A stretch of DNA of 64,000 nt, from positions 83,156 to 147,155 of the forward strand of contig CAYSMF010000001.1 of the NCBI GenBank assembly GCA_964432155.1. Reading direction: 5' to 3'. This DNA is from an uncultured Melioribacter sp. (lineage in GTDB: Bacteria; Bacteroidota; Ignavibacteria; Kapaibacteriales; Kapaibacteriaceae). Shown here piece after piece: positions 8,915 to 18,538 of the stretch. The position numbers were made by a program, and so were the translations under genes. The notes below the pieces were generated by a model that did not search any database, was not told where the DNA came from, and was given only the letters and a program-made list of their open reading frames with translations. The stretch's first letter is position 1. Every line of letters starts with the position of its first letter.

Positions 8915-11900
8915 TTACCGTTCGGTATCTATCAGCACGTTACTCTCACCAAATGTCGAACAGAGAAACGCCGTGTTCTCCTTCGAGGTCTTGATCTTCA
9001 TGGTGGTGAGGTACTGTCGCTTGCCTTCGGGATGCATCACAACGAACGAGATACTGTCTTCAGCGTCTCGTGTGTTACAGCGTTCCTTGAGCTCGCGGAG
9101 ATGATCGTCGGTGACACGATCGGGTCGAATACAGACAACATATCCCTTCGAGAACTTCTTCTCTGCCTGTTCCAACGTGAGTACTTCGTCGACAATGATC
9201 TTCGCCGTATCGCCGTTAATCTCGCATTTGCCGATGAGAACAACGACGCTGTCGGGACGGAGTAGCTCGGCAAACTTCTTGTAGGCGTCACTCCACAGGA
9301 TGGCTTCTGCACTCCCGTTGTACTGTTCAACCTTCAACACCGCAAACGTGTTTTCCCTTCGATCAAGCTTGGTACGAACGTCGCTGAGTAGACCGCACAT
9401 GCGCACGGTCTTGCCGTTCAGCTCGGGATCAAGGCGTGCCAGCGAGAGTGTACTGAACGACTGCACGGCGAGCGCATACTCCTGCAGCGGGTGCCCAGAG
9501 ATGTAGAAGTTGAGATACTCGCGTTCTTTCTTCAGGCGGTCGCGCTCAGGCCATGGATCGATTGCTGGGAGTGAGGGCTCTTTGGGCTTTTCAATCTCCT
9601 GTGAGCCGAAGAGACCACCAGAGCTCGAGAGCACGTCGTCCTGGACTTGTGATGCGTAGTGCAGTGCTGTATCGATTACGGAGAACAGCTGTGCCCGGTG
9701 CCCTGAGTTCAGCGAATCAAATGCTCCGGTGCATACAAGCGCTTCGAGAATACGCCGATTGACAACCTTCTTTTCGACACGTGCTGAGAAGTCGAAGATC
9801 GATGAAAACGGTTGCTCCTGCCGGGCTTCGACGATTGCATCAACAGCACTGATACCAACGGTCTTGATACCAGCCATGCCGAAGTAGATGACGTTCTTAT
9901 CAGCGACGAATGTTGCTGTTGAACGATTAACATCAGGAGGTAGCACGGTGATCGAGAATCTCCGCGCCTCGTCGATGAGTCGCACAATCTTGTCTTGATC
10001 GTTGAGTTCGGCCGTCATGTTGGCAGCGAGAAACTCGGCGGGGTAATGCGTCTTCAGCCATGCCGTTTGGAAGGCTAGGTAGGAGTATGCAGCCGAGTGA
10101 GACTTATTGAAACCGTAGGCGGCAAACTTCTGAATCAAGTCAAAGATCTCAGAGGCGGTTGCCTCATCAATTCCTGCATGCCCCTTCGCTCCATCGACAA
10201 ACTTCGAGCGCTGCTCAGCCATCGACTTCTCGTCCTTCTTACCCATGGCGCGGCGCATCACGTCGGACTGCGCAAGCGTGAAGCCGGCGAGTGTCTGCAC
10301 GAGCTGCATAACCTGCTCTTGGTAGACGATGATGCCGTAGGTCTTTTCGAGGATTGGCCCCATGAGAGGATGGAGATACTCGATTGGCTTTCGTCCGTGT
10401 TTCCGATCGATGAAGTCGGGGATATTGCCCATCGGACCTGGTCGATAGAGCGCGTTCATCGCGATCAAATCATCCAGTACTGTTGGCTTCAACTCGCGCA
10501 GTGCCTTCTGCATCGGTTCGGATTCGAACTGGAAGACGGCGAGCGTTTGGCCGCGGGCAAAGAGCTCATAGGTGGCTGGATCATCGAAATCGATCGAATC
10601 GATGTCGATATCGAGCCCATGATTGCGTTTGATCTGCGCGAGCGTCTCGTCGATGATGCTGAGCGTGCGCAATCCGAGGAAGTCCATCTTGAGGAGACCT
10701 GCTTCCTCGAGATCCTTCATGTTGTACTGCGTAGCCGGCTCGGTATTCGGCGTTTTGTACACCGGAACGTAGTTGCTGATCGGACCCGGTGCAATAACCA
10801 CTCCGGCAGCATGTAGCGACGCATTACGTGCGAATCCTTCGAGCGTCTTGGCGTATTCAAGCATGTCCTTGATACGCTGATCATCACTGGTCTTCAGCCA
10901 CTTGAGCTCAGGAAGCTCTACCGCTTCGGAGAGCGAGTGGACCTTGCCAAGGATCACGGGAATCTTGTCGGTGATGCTATTAATCGTTGCTAGGTCGATA
11001 CCCATCACGCGGCCCACATCCTTCAATACGGCACGTGACGAAAGCGTACCAAACGTAATGATCTGTGCTACCGAGTCGGCGCCGTATTTCTCCTTCACAT
11101 ACTCGATGACGCGCTCGCGCTTATCGTCAGAGAAGTCGACGTCGATATCGGGCATCGACACACGATCAGGATTGAGGAATCGCTCGAAGAGCAGATCGTA
11201 CTTAAGTGGATCGATGTTGGTGATGCCGAGCGCATAGGCTACGAGCGATCCAGCAGCAGAGCCCCGGCCGGGTCCGACGCGGACGCCCATTTCGCGGGCA
11301 GCTCGGATAAAGTCCCATACGATCAGGAAGTATCCGGCATATCCCATGCGACGGATAACATTGAGCTCGAAGCTCACGCGATCGAGGATGGTGCTTGTGA
11401 GGTTCGGGAAGCGCTCTTCCAGCCCCTTCATCGTGATTTCCTCGAGGTAGTCCTCGAGGGTCGTTGCGTCACTGTCAGCAGGGATAGGGAACTTCGGTAG
11501 CTGCAGATCGGTCGGAATCGTTAGGTCGACTTTATCAGCGATCTCTTCCGTCGACTCGATGCCTTGGGCAAAATCTTTGAAGAGCTTCTTCATATCTGAC
11601 TGCGTCTTGAGGTACATCTCTGGTACCTTATAGCGCAGATCTGTCTTCACATTGAACTGACCATCCCGAGCGAAGGACGCGTCCTTGTTGATGTGAAGCA
11701 GCACGTTGTGTGCTACAGCATCTTCCTTCTTGACGTAGTGTGCATCGTTGGTGACAACGAGTTTGATCCCGAGTTCCTTCGCAAGCTTTGGTGCGAACTC
11801 GAGAACGTGTTTGTCCTCGGGTAGACCGTGATCTTGCAACTCGATATAGAAGTCGTCGCCGAAGATTTCCTTCAACGTGATCGCATTCGCACGCGCTGTG

Positions 11901-12367
11901 TCTACATCACCGGCAAGCATTGGCGCGTTAATGGGGCCAGCAAGGCACGCGGAGGTAGCAATCAGTCCTTCATGGTGCTGCCGAAGCAGATCCATGTCGA
12001 TACGGGGCTTGTAGTAATACCCGTGCGTGTGACCGATGGACGTGAGCTTGATGAGATTCTTATAGCCTTGCTCGTTCTTCGCGAGAAGGACAAGGTGGTA
12101 GTAGTTTCTCTTCTTCGCAGCGTCTTGAATCTTCTCGCGATCCGTGTGTTTACGAACGGCGATATACACCTCACAGCCGATGATGGGCTTAACACCGGAC
12201 TTCTTTGCTTTCTTGTAGAACTCGAAGCACCCGAACATGACACCGTGGTCGGTGATCGCGAGTGCTTTTTGACCGTCTTTGACTGCTGCATCGATAAGAG
12301 TCTGGGGGCTTGCAGCCGCGTCGAGCAGGGAGAAGTGCGTGTGGTTGTGGAGGTGAACGAAGCTCAT
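8915..12367 (-). CDS. dnaE: DNA polymerase III alpha subunit
   Basis: 1150 aa. N-terminal PHP domain (MSFVHLHNHTHFSLLDAA...ALAITDHGVMFG), polymerase core and OB-fold. Confidence 0.95.
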   Translation of the reverse strand: MSFVHLHNHTHFSLLDAAASPQTLIDAAVKDGQKALAITDHGVMFGCFEFYKKAKKSGVKPIIGCEVYIAVRKHTDREKIQDAAKKRNYYHLVLLAKNEQGYKNLIKLTSIGHTHGYYYKPRIDMDLLRQHHEGLIATSACLAGPINAPMLAGDVDTARANAITLKEIFGDDFYIELQDHGLPEDKHVLEFAPKLAKELGIKLVVTNDAHYVKKEDAVAHNVLLHINKDASFARDGQFNVKTDLRYKVPEMYLKTQSDMKKLFKDFAQGIESTEEIADKVDLTIPTDLQLPKFPIPADSDATTLEDYLEEITMKGLEERFPNLTSTILDRVSFELNVIRRMGYAGYFLIVWDFIRAAREMGVRVGPGRGSAAGSLVAYALGITNIDPLKYDLLFERFLNPDRVSMPDIDVDFSDDKRERVIEYVKEKYGADSVAQIITFGTLSSRAVLKDVGRVMGIDLATINSITDKIPVILGKVHSLSEAVELPELKWLKTSDDQRIKDMLEYAKTLEGFARNASLHAAGVVIAPGPISNYVPVYKTPNTEPATQYNMKDLEEAGLLKMDFLGLRTLSIIDETLAQIKRNHGLDIDIDSIDFDDPATYELFARGQTLAVFQFESEPMQKALRELKPTVLDDLIAMNALYRPGPMGNIPDFIDRKHGRKPIEYLHPLMGPILEKTYGIIVYQEQVMQLVQTLAGFTLAQSDVMRRAMGKKDEKSMAEQRSKFVDGAKGHAGIDEATASEIFDLIQKFAAYGFNKSHSAAYSYLAFQTAWLKTHYPAEFLAANMTAELNDQDKIVRLIDEARRFSITVLPPDVNRSTATFVADKNVIYFGMAGIKTVGISAVDAIVEARQEQPFSSIFDFSARVEKKVVNRRILEALVCTGAFDSLNSGHRAQLFSVIDTALHYASQVQDDVLSSSGGLFGSQEIEKPKEPSLPAIDPWPERDRLKKEREYLNFYISGHPLQEYALAVQSFSTLSLARLDPELNGKTVRMCGLLSDVRTKLDRRENTFAVLKVEQYNGSAEAILWSDAYKKFAELLRPDSVVVLIGKCEINGDTAKIIVDEVLTLEQAEKKFSKGYVVCIRPDRVTDDHLRELKERCNTRDAEDSISFVVMHPEGKRQYLTTMKIKTSKENTAFLCSTFGESNVLIDTER

Positions 12368-12375
12368 GCTGCAAT

Positions 12376-12657
12376 CTACTTACCGAGACGCTTTACCTGC
12401 TCCGTCAACATGGATTCAAGTTGTCCACGGGCCGCAGCACCAAAGAGGGAAAGCTCAATATGGATATGTACACGGTGGTGTTCGACCGTGACCGTGCCAT
12501 GTCCAAGTTTTCCACGGGCATGTAAGACGTTGCCTTCCCACCGAGTTTCGTCGAGCATGAGTCGTACTTCTGGTCGCGCCAAGATCTTGGTGTCGATGAT
12601 TTCGCGCATCTCCACCACCGTCTTCGACGTCTCTATCGTTTGATCAATCGCTGCCAT
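12376..12657 (-). CDS. small conserved hypothetical protein; resembles the PHA-granule-region (PHA_gran_rgn-like) family
   Basis: 93 aa. The pattern WEGNVLHARGKLGHGTVTVEHHRVHIHIELSLFGAAARGQLESMLTEQV recalls putative polyhydroxyalkanoic-acid-system proteins. Assignment is from memory of the family pattern only. Confidence 0.4.
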   Translation of the reverse strand: MAAIDQTIETSKTVVEMREIIDTKILARPEVRLMLDETRWEGNVLHARGKLGHGTVTVEHHRVHIHIELSLFGAAARGQLESMLTEQVKRLGK

Positions 12658-12662
12658 CAGAA

Positions 12663-14840
12663 TTACCTCTGGGTTATGAACATCTGCGTTGATACAACGG
12701 CCCCAGTGCGGAGCAATTGTAGGGTGTAGACACCCGTTGCGCAGTGAGTGACGTCGATGCTTGTTCGTGTAGTGGATCCATCGACGTCGTGTGTCGCACG
12801 AACACGTCCAGCCGCATCGCTAATCCGCACCTGATCGACGTCGGTGCCAATGCCCGACCAGTCGATCATCATCACACCGTTTACCACGGGATGCGGTGCC
12901 ACGATGGCTGCGATCGCAGCGCCTTCATCCTCATTGACGGATACGATCTCGAAAATCATTGGACGGTTGACTGACACGTTTTCTGGATGCGTGCTATCGC
13001 GCATGTCACACGGCAACAGCTCGTTGCGATAGTACTGTGTGAGCACATGATACTCGCCAGTATTGCACTCGCCATTCTCGTTGTAGACAACAAGGTCACC
13101 GAAGACACGAACCGAGCCACCTAGCTTGTAATTGAACACCTGTGAACAACCACCAAGAACTGCACCACCGGTTATGCGGTTGTTCTGTGCTAAGCATTGA
13201 TCGCGCACCACGGCACTGTCGGTGAGTGTTCCACCAAGAACAAACGCATTGTCTGTCACGCGGGCATACCCAGAGATCGTCGCATCCTGCACGTAGGTGT
13301 ATCCCTCGATTCGTGCATTTCCAGTGATCGTGCTTGCTCCTGCTACAATTGCTCGGGGTCCAACGTACACACTTGCATCAACCTTTGAGCGGTCATCCAC
13401 CCAGCCCCCTCCATTAGGATGTCGTTTCCCGGGACTTTGTCGCAGCTGCGGACGAACAAGATCTGGGTGCTGATAGCCCTCGGGAACAGCATTCTTCAGC
13501 CGTACCTCATAGGGATAATGGTACCGCTTCGGATTGCCATTCCAAGTGTTGTTGAGCGTTGGATTCGCATGCATACTGTCCACAGGTGCACCGAGTACCA
13601 CCAGATACACACGCTCTTCTTCCGGGATGAGTTCAATCGAGATGGTGCCACGTGTAGAGGTCTGCACGTGATGACGTCGATGCTCGGTTCCGTCGGCGCG
13701 TTCGGTGACGAAACCATATCGCCACCCGGCATGATCGTTCACTTCTGCATGACCGATGAACGTGACCTCGACGGACTTCGACCGGTCGTCGACGTAGAGC
13801 GGAACAACGTTGTATCCATAATCCTGCGGAGCATTGTACGGATCGGAATAGTAGCGACGTTGCGTTGTGTCGATCGCGCGAAGAACATCATACGTTCGTT
13901 GAGCAAAGATCCGACCCCAGCCAGCAGAGAGGCGATCTCTGCGTGAGTTGCGAAGGTATGTGCCCCAGGAATTTGTTGGATAGTTCCAACAGACGGCATT
14001 ACGTGCGTAGTCGAACATAAAGTCGTTGAATTCGACCTGCGTGAGATTCGCAATGCGTCGCAGCGTTTGGAGTGGATATTCAAGGGGCTTCCATTCAGTC
14101 CAAAGTCTGCTCACCATCGGCAAGCCGAGTGTGCTGTGGATGTGAAACAGGAAGTGATACCCCTCGTAGTTGAATTTCCAGTCAGGTTCGAGCATCAGAT
14201 AGTGATGCGCGTCGATGTCTGACGAGACGGCCATCGGGTAGAGAACGTTGCGCACATAATTCGCATGCGTTTCGTAGAACAGACCGTCGTTGTCGTAGAT
14301 CGCCTTTGCACCACGTTGCGAGTTTTGATCATCGATGTGGTACATCGCCTGGAGCGAATGGGTGAACTCGTGAGCAATCACGCCACCATCACGCGTGGCA
14401 TTCGGGTGCACCCAGAAGGCTCCGATTGTATCGTCAACAGCCCAGCCATTAGCCCATCCTTCGGGTCCACCTGGACCGTAGGTGTTGTACATCACGATCA
14501 CGTACTTGTACTTCGATGCCTGAGTTCCCGGCTCGTCATGGATCATCCCGAGTTCGTCGCAGCGACGGAAGATGTACTCCATGGTGTCGAGGATCTGCTT
14601 CGGGTCGAAGCGAAGATTCGGGTCGGTGAAGGTCTCAGGTTTCGGCCCAACGCCATCACCCCAAATCAGGAAGAAGTTTGCGCTCTGCGCCGTCTTATCC
14701 CACGAGAATTGACGTCCTTCGATCGTATTCGTGTCGCGGATGTAGGCAGGTACGTACGCCTGCTTCTGTGCAGACGCACCATGCGGGAGGAACAGCCAGA
14801 CTGTGAGACTGATGATCAGGTAACGAACGTGTGCTTTCAT
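12663..14840 (-). CDS. secreted zinc metallopeptidase (HExxH) with T9SS-type C-terminal sorting domain
   Basis: Signal peptide cleaving at ASA|QK. HEFTH zinc-binding motif. The C-terminal ~80 aa end in a GVYTLQLLRTGAVVSTQMFI beta-strand pattern typical of Por/T9SS CTDs. Confidence 0.65.
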   Translation of the reverse strand: MKAHVRYLIISLTVWLFLPHGASAQKQAYVPAYIRDTNTIEGRQFSWDKTAQSANFFLIWGDGVGPKPETFTDPNLRFDPKQILDTMEYIFRRCDELGMIHDEPGTQASKYKYVIVMYNTYGPGGPEGWANGWAVDDTIGAFWVHPNATRDGGVIAHEFTHSLQAMYHIDDQNSQRGAKAIYDNDGLFYETHANYVRNVLYPMAVSSDIDAHHYLMLEPDWKFNYEGYHFLFHIHSTLGLPMVSRLWTEWKPLEYPLQTLRRIANLTQVEFNDFMFDYARNAVCWNYPTNSWGTYLRNSRRDRLSAGWGRIFAQRTYDVLRAIDTTQRRYYSDPYNAPQDYGYNVVPLYVDDRSKSVEVTFIGHAEVNDHAGWRYGFVTERADGTEHRRHHVQTSTRGTISIELIPEEERVYLVVLGAPVDSMHANPTLNNTWNGNPKRYHYPYEVRLKNAVPEGYQHPDLVRPQLRQSPGKRHPNGGGWVDDRSKVDASVYVGPRAIVAGASTITGNARIEGYTYVQDATISGYARVTDNAFVLGGTLTDSAVVRDQCLAQNNRITGGAVLGGCSQVFNYKLGGSVRVFGDLVVYNENGECNTGEYHVLTQYYRNELLPCDMRDSTHPENVSVNRPMIFEIVSVNEDEGAAIAAIVAPHPVVNGVMMIDWSGIGTDVDQVRISDAAGRVRATHDVDGSTTRTSIDVTHCATGVYTLQLLRTGAVVSTQMFITQR

Positions 14841-14860
14841 AGCACGAAGATATCGATGCT

Positions 14861-15283
14861 ATGGTAAGTTTGAACATGGCAAAAGCAACACTTAAAACCG
14901 CCCCCACGTCTGCAGTTCTCGGTACGCTTCTCGCATCGATTGCCGACCCTCAGCGCAGGACCGATACGGAGAAGGTGTGCGCGCTGATGGAGCAGATCAC
15001 CGCGTGTGCTCCGGTGTTATGGGGCCCGAGTATCGTCGGCTTTGGATCGCAGACGCTCGAGTACGATTCAGGTCGGGTTGTCGACTGGTTCGTTGTTGGA
15101 TGCTCTCCACGGAAGGCAGCCCTCACACTGTATCTGCACAGTACGGCTGATGTAACCGACCTCCTGTCCAAGCTGGGAAAGCACACGACAGGGAAGTCGT
15201 GCATCTACATCAAGAAGCTTGATCAGATCGATATGTCTGTGCTCACAGAGCTTATCACGCGCACATGGCGCGCCGCTGTCTAA
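14861..15283 (+). CDS. DUF1801 (YdhG-like) domain protein
   Basis: WGPSIVGFG...DWFVVGCSPRKAALTLYL...LGKHTTGKSCIYIKKLDQIDMSVLTELI matches the DUF1801 pattern. An alternative ATG lies at 14876. Confidence 0.6.
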   Translation: MVSLNMAKATLKTAPTSAVLGTLLASIADPQRRTDTEKVCALMEQITACAPVLWGPSIVGFGSQTLEYDSGRVVDWFVVGCSPRKAALTLYLHSTADVTDLLSKLGKHTTGKSCIYIKKLDQIDMSVLTELITRTWRAAV

Positions 15284-15305
15284 CGGAGTTGTTTCTCTGC
15301 TGGTC

Positions 15306-16307
15306 TTATCGCAGCGCTTCGCGCACGCGGGCACTTACAACGTCGAGAATCCAGACGACCGCAGTGATGAGGATCACCAGCGTGCCAACCTCATTGTATT
15401 TGGCAAGACCTTGATACTGCGTGAGCAGTGTGCCAATACCGCCACCACCGACAAAGCCGATAATGGTTGCCATCCGCACGTTGATGTCCCAGCGGTAAAT
15501 CGTAAACGACAAAAACGGGATAATGCACTGCGGGACGATGGCGAACCATAGCACTTGAATGCGCGATGCACCAGTTGCAGAAATGGCTTCGATCGGACCG
15601 CTGTTGACGTCTTCAATCTGCTCGCTGTATTGCTTGGTGAGCGATGCGACGGTGTGCACCACAAGTGCAAGCATGCCCGCGAACGGACCAATACCAACCC
15701 ACACCGAGAAGATGATCGCCCAGATGATTGGCTCCATCGACCGCATGATGTTGAGGATGACGCGCAATCCAACATAGATCGACTTTTTAAGGGGCGTATC
15801 AGACATCACGTTGCGAGCAGCAGGGAAGCTGAGAAGGAACGAAATCGGCACGGCTACAACGGTTGCCATGAAGGCTGTGAAGATCGTCACCACCATTGCC
15901 GAGACGGCCTCGCCGATAATGTCGAACTCCGGTGTAACGAGCGCTTGGAAAATGCGACCAGCACCCGCAAGACCATCACCAGAGAAGAACTCGATTGGAG
16001 AGATGGCTGTGATAATCCACCCGCCGACAATGAACACCGACAACGTGAGCCATCCCAAGTGGGATACAACACGCATCGACGAACCTTCTGGAGTGTCGAT
16101 GCCCAAACTCACACCACCGATCGACGCGTTACGGAATCGTCCAACGATCGCGAACACGGCAGCACCTGCCATCGCCGCATACAGCGCGCTTGTGATGTCA
16201 GGCGACAATGTGATGTCGAGCAGGGCTGGAACGATCACACGTGCCAGAAGCGCACCCACGGCAGCGCCAAGGAGAAGATCGATGAGGATGGCGAGGATTC
16301 GTTTCAT
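15306..16307 (-). CDS. phnE: phosphonate ABC transporter permease
   Basis: Six TM helices. The PhnE-type segment IVPQCIIPFLSFTIYRWDINVRMATIIGFVGGGGIGTLL is present. Start ATG overlaps the phnC stop (ATGA). Confidence 0.8.
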   Translation of the reverse strand: MKRILAILIDLLLGAAVGALLARVIVPALLDITLSPDITSALYAAMAGAAVFAIVGRFRNASIGGVSLGIDTPEGSSMRVVSHLGWLTLSVFIVGGWIITAISPIEFFSGDGLAGAGRIFQALVTPEFDIIGEAVSAMVVTIFTAFMATVVAVPISFLLSFPAARNVMSDTPLKKSIYVGLRVILNIMRSMEPIIWAIIFSVWVGIGPFAGMLALVVHTVASLTKQYSEQIEDVNSGPIEAISATGASRIQVLWFAIVPQCIIPFLSFTIYRWDINVRMATIIGFVGGGGIGTLLTQYQGLAKYNEVGTLVILITAVVWILDVVSARVREALR

Positions 16308-17074
16308 CGGATTTCTACCTCCACTGCATCTTCACCATAGATGGTGGCAAACCACTCATCCGTGATTTCGTGAGGGGTTCCTTGAAACACCATCTCACCA
16401 CCCTTGAGGGCGATTACCCGCGTTGCATACTGTCGCACGAGCGACAGGAAATGCAGGTTGCAGATCACCGTTGTGTTCATTTCCTTGTTGATACGCTCGA
16501 GGTACGACATCACAGAGTGTGACGTAGATGGATCGAGCGATGCAACTGGCTCGTCGGCAAGGAGCATCTGAGGTTGTTGCATGAGCGCCCGCGCAATGGC
16601 AACGCGTTGTTGCTGTCCACCCGAGAGCGAGTCGGCGCGAATCTCTGCCTTCTCCGGAATACCAACGACCTTCAACGCCTCATGAGCTCTGCGCGTGGCA
16701 TCGTCGGAAAAGCGACCCATCATGGCGTTGAACGTTGGCGTCGATCCAAGTGTGCCGTAGAGGACGTTCTTGAGAACGGAGTGGCGAGGGATCAGGTTGA
16801 AGTGCTGGAAGATCATCCCGATGCGCGCCCGGTGCTGACGGAGCGCTTCGCCCTGGATGTGCGTGATGTCTTGCTCATGAAACGTGATCGAACCCGATGT
16901 TGGTTCGAGCAAGCGATTGAGGCATCGCAGCAGTGTCGACTTCCCACTACCCGAGAGACCGATGATGACGAGGAACTCGCCAGGCATCACATCAAACGAG
17001 ATACCCTTGAGGGCTTGATAGCCATTTGGGTAGGTGAGCGTCAGGTTTCGGACAGACAGGAGCGGTTGCATCAT
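16304..17074 (-). CDS. phnC: phosphonate ABC transporter ATP-binding protein
   Basis: Walker [13 protein letters not shown] signature LSGGQQQRVAIARAL, and the PhnC-like IGMIFQHFNLIPRHSVLKNVLYG. Confidence 0.85.
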   Translation of the reverse strand: MMQPLLSVRNLTLTYPNGYQALKGISFDVMPGEFLVIIGLSGSGKSTLLRCLNRLLEPTSGSITFHEQDITHIQGEALRQHRARIGMIFQHFNLIPRHSVLKNVLYGTLGSTPTFNAMMGRFSDDATRRAHEALKVVGIPEKAEIRADSLSGGQQQRVAIARALMQQPQMLLADEPVASLDPSTSHSVMSYLERINKEMNTTVICNLHFLSLVRQYATRVIALKGGEMVFQGTPHEITDEWFATIYGEDAVEVEIR

Positions 17075-17107
17075 GCAAAGATAGAGAACACGCCGTAGGT
17101 TTGTGGG

Positions 17108-17809
17108 ATGCTAGCTCTCTGGGATATCGATGGTACGCTCGTTCGGGTGGATCATGGAATTGGACGGGAAATGTACGTCCGCTCGTTTCAATCGCTCTTT
17201 GGCGTCAACGTTCAACCAATTGTCGAAACGATGTCGTTCGCGGGTCGGACCGACAGAGGTTTGGTCTACGACATCGTCGATTCCGCGGGAATCCCGCGCG
17301 TCCGTCTCGATGAGATCTGGACAGAGTTTGCCCATGATATGTCGCAGCACGCCTTCGAACTCATCACCCCGCAAACCACCACCTTGCTCGACGGAGCGAT
17401 CGATTCGCTCCATGCAATGCAGGAACAGGGGGTTGTCTGCGCACTGTTGACGGGGAACATCGACGGAATCGCCCAACACAAGTTGGCCATGGGTGGTATT
17501 CCGGATCTCTTCGTCGCCGGAGCATTTGGCGACCATCATGCCGACCGACGTGAACTCCCACCAAGAGCGCTGACTGCGGTCAATGCCGCGCTCAATACCT
17601 CGTTCGGTCCAGCTGATGCCGTGATTATCGGCGACGCAATTGGCGACGTCACCTGTGCGCTTGCGCACGGAATCGCGTGTATTGCAGTGACGACCGGCGT
17701 GCATACCTCTCAACAGCTCGCCGAAGCTGGTGCGTCACGTGTCGTCGAGACACTTGCTCCTGGTTCGGCAACGGTCACCCATTTGCGGCAAGTTTTGGGG
17801 TATCTTTGA
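17108..17809 (+). CDS. HAD-superfamily hydrolase (phosphoglycolate phosphatase-like)
   Basis: Motif I LWDIDGTLV. Motif III/IV region IIGDAIGDVTCALAHGI. Confidence 0.75.
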   Translation: MLALWDIDGTLVRVDHGIGREMYVRSFQSLFGVNVQPIVETMSFAGRTDRGLVYDIVDSAGIPRVRLDEIWTEFAHDMSQHAFELITPQTTTLLDGAIDSLHAMQEQGVVCALLTGNIDGIAQHKLAMGGIPDLFVAGAFGDHHADRRELPPRALTAVNAALNTSFGPADAVIIGDAIGDVTCALAHGIACIAVTTGVHTSQQLAEAGASRVVETLAPGSATVTHLRQVLGYL

Positions 17810-17813
17810 GCCC

Positions 17814-18518
17814 ATGAGTCAACGTTTGACGATAGCAATTGACGGTCCGGCCGGTGCAGGAAAGAGCACCACAGCTCGCAGAGTTGCTGAGCATCTTGGA
17901 TACGTCTACATCGATACCGGTGCGATGTATCGCGCCGTTACGCTGGCTGCACTTCAGCGCAGCACACCCCTTGAAGATCTTGCCCTTGGCGAGTTGGCCG
18001 AGAGCCTCGACATTCGCCTCGAGCCGACGTCCGACGGACAGCGCGTTCTGCTTAACGACGAGGATGTGACGCGCGCAATCCGCGAAGCCACGGTCACGAG
18101 TAATGTGAGTCAGGTCAGCGTCTTCCCAAGTGTTCGCAAAGCCTTAGTCCAACGTCAGCGTATGCTTGGATTGCATGGCGGAGTTGTGATGGACGGACGT
18201 GATATTGGAAGCGTTGTGTTCCCGAATGCTGAGATCAAGGTCTTCCTTGTCGCAGATGTAGAAGAGCGTGTGCGACGTCGCGTCCTCGAAGCCGAGCAGC
18301 GTGGTGAGCATCTCGATGTCGAAACGGTTCGCCGGCACATCATCGAACGCGACAAGCTTGATAGCGAGCGTGAAGTGAGCCCCCTGATGAAACCTGAAGG
18401 TGCAACAGAGATCGACACAACACATTGCACAATTGACGATCAGGTTCAGCGCATCCTGGATCTCGTCAATGCATACCAAAAGACGTATTCGATCGTCTCC
18501 GCCTTCACGAATTTTTAA
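17814..18518 (+). CDS. cmk: cytidylate kinase
   Basis: IAIDGPAGAGKSTTARRVAEHLGYVYIDTGAMYRA is the classic Cmk N-terminus. Start chosen at the ATG at 17814 (the longer ORF from 17730 overlaps the upstream gene). Confidence 0.9.
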   Translation: MSQRLTIAIDGPAGAGKSTTARRVAEHLGYVYIDTGAMYRAVTLAALQRSTPLEDLALGELAESLDIRLEPTSDGQRVLLNDEDVTRAIREATVTSNVSQVSVFPSVRKALVQRQRMLGLHGGVVMDGRDIGSVVFPNAEIKVFLVADVEERVRRRVLEAEQRGEHLDVETVRRHIIERDKLDSEREVSPLMKPEGATEIDTTHCTIDDQVQRILDLVNAYQKTYSIVSAFTNF

Positions 18519-18538
18519 CGCGTCAAAACAGCCCTCCT

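Noticed and set aside
10097-10816. 239-aa plus-strand ORF inside dnaE
   Set aside because: Antisense to dnaE with low-complexity, Leu/Arg-rich composition. It is a GC-driven artefact.
15555-16340. 261-aa and 184-aa plus-strand ORFs over phnE/phnC
   Set aside because: Antisense to ABC transporter genes with clear motifs. The composition is Arg/His-rich nonsense.
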